A DNA stretch of 64,000 nt from NCBI GenBank assembly GCA_963745405.1, contig CAVUWY010000002.1, positions 1,045,013-1,109,012 of the forward strand, given 5' to 3'. Position numbers and translations under genes: made by a program. The DNA comes from an uncultured Chloroflexia bacterium. GTDB taxonomy: Bacteria; Chloroflexota; Limnocylindria; Limnocylindrales; CSP1-4. The notes under the pieces are model-generated. The model did no database searches. It was not told where the DNA came from and saw only the letters and a program-made list of their open reading frames with translations. This document shows positions 61,449 to 64,000 of the stretch, piece by piece (the first letter of the stretch is position 1; every line of letters begins with the position of its first letter).

Positions 61449-62408
61449 TTGAAGCGGTCCAACAGGCTTGTCCTGCTCATCGGCGCCCTTTTGGCGGTCG
61501 TCGCCTTCGTCGGGGTGATCCTCCTGCTTGGGCAGGGGACCGGCGGCGGCGGTCCGCAAGCTACGCCGACCGCCCCCACCACCGCCCAGGTCGTCAAGGC
61601 CACGGTCGACATCCCCGCCGGGACCGTCGTCACGAGCACGATGGTCGACGTCGAGACGGTGCCGATCGCCGCCTCGGCGGATTCGATCTCTGACCCGGGC
61701 CTCGTGATCGGCAAGACGATCCGCGAGAACACCAAGGCCGGCGCGATCCTCAGCTTCAGCGCCTTCATCGATACCGGCCAGACCAGCAACGTGACCGACA
61801 ACATCCCGCAGGGCCTGCGAGCCATGGCGGTCGAGGTCGATCAGGTGACCGGCGTCGGGACCTTGATCCACACGGGCGACACGGTCGACCTGATCATCGC
61901 GATGGACATCCAGAGCGTGGTCCCCGATCCGAAGAACGCGCCCCAGGTGGTCAACGTCGGAACGCCGCAGTCGACGGTCAAGATGATCATCCAGAACCTG
62001 AAGGTGGTCGGAACCCTGCTCCCGACCGTGACGACGACCGGTGAGGCGACCCCGCCGCCGGCCGCCGCCTCACCGACTCCGAACCCCGGGGCCACCCAGC
62101 CGCCGACGTCGTTGAAGAACCCGGCCACGGCGTTCGAGATCGTCATGGTCGCCGTCACCGCCAACCAGGCGGAAGCGATCCGCTACGCCCAGCTGAACGG
62201 CCAGTCCGGCCAGGTGGCCGATCGGGGCCAGACGTCGATCTCCCTCGTCCTCCGCTCACCGCGCGACTACATCGCGGTCGATGCCAGCGGCAGCCCGATC
62301 CCGGGTGCCAGCCCGCTCATCCCGCCGCTCGAGGTCACCGACGGCGTCACCCTCAAGACGCTCATCACCAAGTACGGCGTGATCCCGCCGGACGTCATCA
62401 TCAAGTAG
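61449..62408 (+). CDS. cpaB: Flp pilus assembly protein CpaB/RcpC
   Basis: The TTG at 61449 lies 8 nt after GGGGAG. An N-terminal TM (LVLLIGALLAVVAFVGVILLL) is followed by a SAF-like domain (VVKATVDIPAGTVVTSTMV), a Pro-rich insert and the C-terminal CpaB region. An alternative GTG lies at 61404. Confidence 0.85.
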   Translation: MKRSNRLVLLIGALLAVVAFVGVILLLGQGTGGGGPQATPTAPTTAQVVKATVDIPAGTVVTSTMVDVETVPIAASADSISDPGLVIGKTIRENTKAGAILSFSAFIDTGQTSNVTDNIPQGLRAMAVEVDQVTGVGTLIHTGDTVDLIIAMDIQSVVPDPKNAPQVVNVGTPQSTVKMIIQNLKVVGTLLPTVTTTGEATPPPAAASPTPNPGATQPPTSLKNPATAFEIVMVAVTANQAEAIRYAQLNGQSGQVADRGQTSISLVLRSPRDYIAVDASGSPIPGASPLIPPLEVTDGVTLKTLITKYGVIPPDVIIK

Positions 62409-62550
62409 TCGCCGGGAACCAACCGGCGTCGTCTGGACGGCCCGCTGCCCACCTCGGGAGCGGGCCGGTTCCATCAGAACGGCATCCAGATACCGATAGT
62501 CCGCGAACCACCGTCCAAGCCACTCATAGCAACCCGATATCGCGAGCATC

Positions 62551-63795
62551 ATGGCCGACCAGATCCGAGTCCTCATCGTCGATGACATCCCAGAGACGCG
62601 AGACCACCTCACGAAGCTCCTCGGCTTCGAGAGCGACATCGAGGTGGTCGGTGTAGCCGCGTCCGGGACCGAGGCGATCGAGCAGGCCGGAACGCTCCGT
62701 CCGGACGTCGTCCTCATGGACATCAACATGCCGGACATGGATGGCATCACCGCCACGGAGCACCTCTCGACGGAGGTCCCGAGCGCCGCGGTCGTGATGA
62801 TGTCGGTCCAGGGCGAGGCCGACTACCTTCGCCGCTCGATGCTCGCCGGGGCGCGCGAGTTCCTCGTCAAGCCGTTCAGCAGCGACGAGCTCACCGCTTC
62901 GATCCGCCAGGTCTATGCGCGAGAGCGCGAGAAGGCGAGCCGCTACGTGGCGATGCCGGCCGCCGCGGCCGCCGCCGGCAACGGCCAGGCGCCGGGGACC
63001 GTGATCGCCGTGTTCAGCCCCAAGGGCGGCGTCGGCCGGACGACCATCGCGGTCAACCTGGCAGTCGCGGCCGCGACCGAGATCGGCAAGAAGGTCGTCC
63101 TCATGGACGCCTCCTTCCAGTTCGGCGACGTCGGCGTGCTGCTCAACCTCAACCCGAAGAACAAGTCGATCGTCGACCTGGTCCCGGAGCTCGAGGCGGC
63201 CGGTGAGGTCGAGTCGATCGACACGTTCGTGATCAACCACTCGTCGGGCGTGCGCGTCCTCCTCGCCCCGCCGTCGCCGGAGATGGCCGAGCTCATCACG
63301 CCGGCGAGCGTGAAGCGGGTCATCGAGGTCCTCCGCGCCACCCACGAGCTCGTCATCGTCGACTGCTCGGCGTTCTTCAACGACACGACCCTGGCCGTCC
63401 TCGACTCGGCCGACGTGATCCTCACGATGCTCACCCTCGAGATCACGAGCATCAAGAACATGCGCCTGTTCCTCGAGGTTGCCGACCAGCTCGGCTACGA
63501 GCAGGGCAAGGTCTCGCTCGTGCTCAATCGAGCGGACTCGACCCTTGGGATCCGCGTCGCCGACGTCGAGCACTCGATCGGCCGCAAGGTCGATCACTCG
63601 ATCGTGAGCGACGGCCGGAGCGTGGTGTACGCATTGAATCGTGGAGTACCGTTCTTCCTGTCGAACCGGGAGGCGCAGGTCTCCCAGGACGTCCTCCGGC
63701 TGGCGACCTCGCTGACCGGTGAAGAGGCCACGGCGTCCGCTTCGGACGACGCGCGCAAGACCGCGAAGAACAAATCCCTGTTCGCATGGCGCTAG
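62551..63795 (+). CDS. cpaE: response-receiver domain fused to CpaE/TadZ-type ParA/MinD-like ATPase
   Basis: The REC domain reads VLIVDDIPETR...VVLMDINMPDMDG...KPF. The ATPase part carries a deviant Walker A (FSPKGGVGRTTIAVNLA) and VIVDCS. Confidence 0.88.
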   Translation: MADQIRVLIVDDIPETRDHLTKLLGFESDIEVVGVAASGTEAIEQAGTLRPDVVLMDINMPDMDGITATEHLSTEVPSAAVVMMSVQGEADYLRRSMLAGAREFLVKPFSSDELTASIRQVYAREREKASRYVAMPAAAAAAGNGQAPGTVIAVFSPKGGVGRTTIAVNLAVAAATEIGKKVVLMDASFQFGDVGVLLNLNPKNKSIVDLVPELEAAGEVESIDTFVINHSSGVRVLLAPPSPEMAELITPASVKRVIEVLRATHELVIVDCSAFFNDTTLAVLDSADVILTMLTLEITSIKNMRLFLEVADQLGYEQGKVSLVLNRADSTLGIRVADVEHSIGRKVDHSIVSDGRSVVYALNRGVPFFLSNREAQVSQDVLRLATSLTGEEATASASDDARKTAKNKSLFAWR

Positions 63796-63830
63796 CAGTG
63801 AGCCCTCCGGGGCACGAAGGGGTGTAGGCG

Positions 63831-64000
63831 ATGTCCCTCCTGAAGCGGATCGAGAGCGCTCGACCGGGGACCGGTCCGGGGTCTGCCCCCGGGGCGCCGG
63901 TCGCACCGGGCGGGCCCGGTGCGCCGGCCGCACCGACCGGCGGCGGCCCAGTCGCTCCGGCCCCGCGGCTCATGTCCAGCACGCCGGTCCGGGAGTCGTT
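63831..64000 (+). CDS. cpaF: probable CpaF/TadA secretion ATPase, N-terminal fragment (runs off window)
   Basis: The ATG at 63831 follows GAAGGGG. MSLLKRIESARPG... is followed by a Pro/Gly/Ala-rich linker typical of CpaF N-termini. The position after cpaE supports the call. Confidence 0.6.
   Translation, partial: MSLLKRIESARPGTGPGSAPGAPVAPGGPGAPAAPTGGGPVAPAPRLMSSTPVRES

Noticed and set aside
1-64000. Search for tRNA, rRNA, CRISPR arrays, transposases and integrases
   Set aside because: I saw no T-loop (GGTTCGAATCC-like) motifs, no rRNA-like segments, no regularly spaced direct repeats beyond the two tandem repeats reported, and no DDE or tyrosine-recombinase-like ORFs.

Overview
High-GC (about 70% by hand count of sample stretches) bacterial chromosomal segment with an Actinomycetota/Chloroflexota-like character: GAAC-N4-GTTC LexA boxes, long operons chained by ATGA/GTGA start-stop overlaps, and leaderless-type starts. 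The left third holds a truncated MFS gene and a histidine-utilisation operon (hutU intact, hutH frameshifted). It also holds DedA, an FTCD_C-like/folD/fhs one-carbon operon, an SOS module (dinB, a small ORF behind two LexA boxes, lexA), rplI and dnaB. The middle is a lower-GC patch (about 57-63% in sampled stretches). It carries a STAND NTPase-TPR-wHTH-BTAD regulator with inverted domain order, a promoter/terminator-bounded candidate sRNA, a decayed HD-GYP gene and a DUF5317-MFS fusion. The right two-thirds form an unusually dense envelope-glycosylation supercluster. It contains 13 intact GT-C type membrane glycosyltransferases (GT87/DUF2029-like, PIG-V-like, ArnT/PMT-like) plus decayed copies, two GT2 polyprenyl-phosphate-sugar synthase-like genes, a GT4, a PIG-L deacetylase, an epimerase, a CelD-like GNAT and two polytopic spermidine-synthase-fold fusions. 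This is followed by a DegS/DegU-like system with an extra pseudo-kinase and a tad/flp pilus locus with four Flp-type pilins, one of them below the ORF-track size cutoff. At least 15 single-nucleotide frame disruptions are concentrated in six genes while the rest of the window is clean. No rRNA, tRNA, CRISPR array, transposase or integrase was recognised. All family assignments rest on motif recognition by eye, not on database searches.
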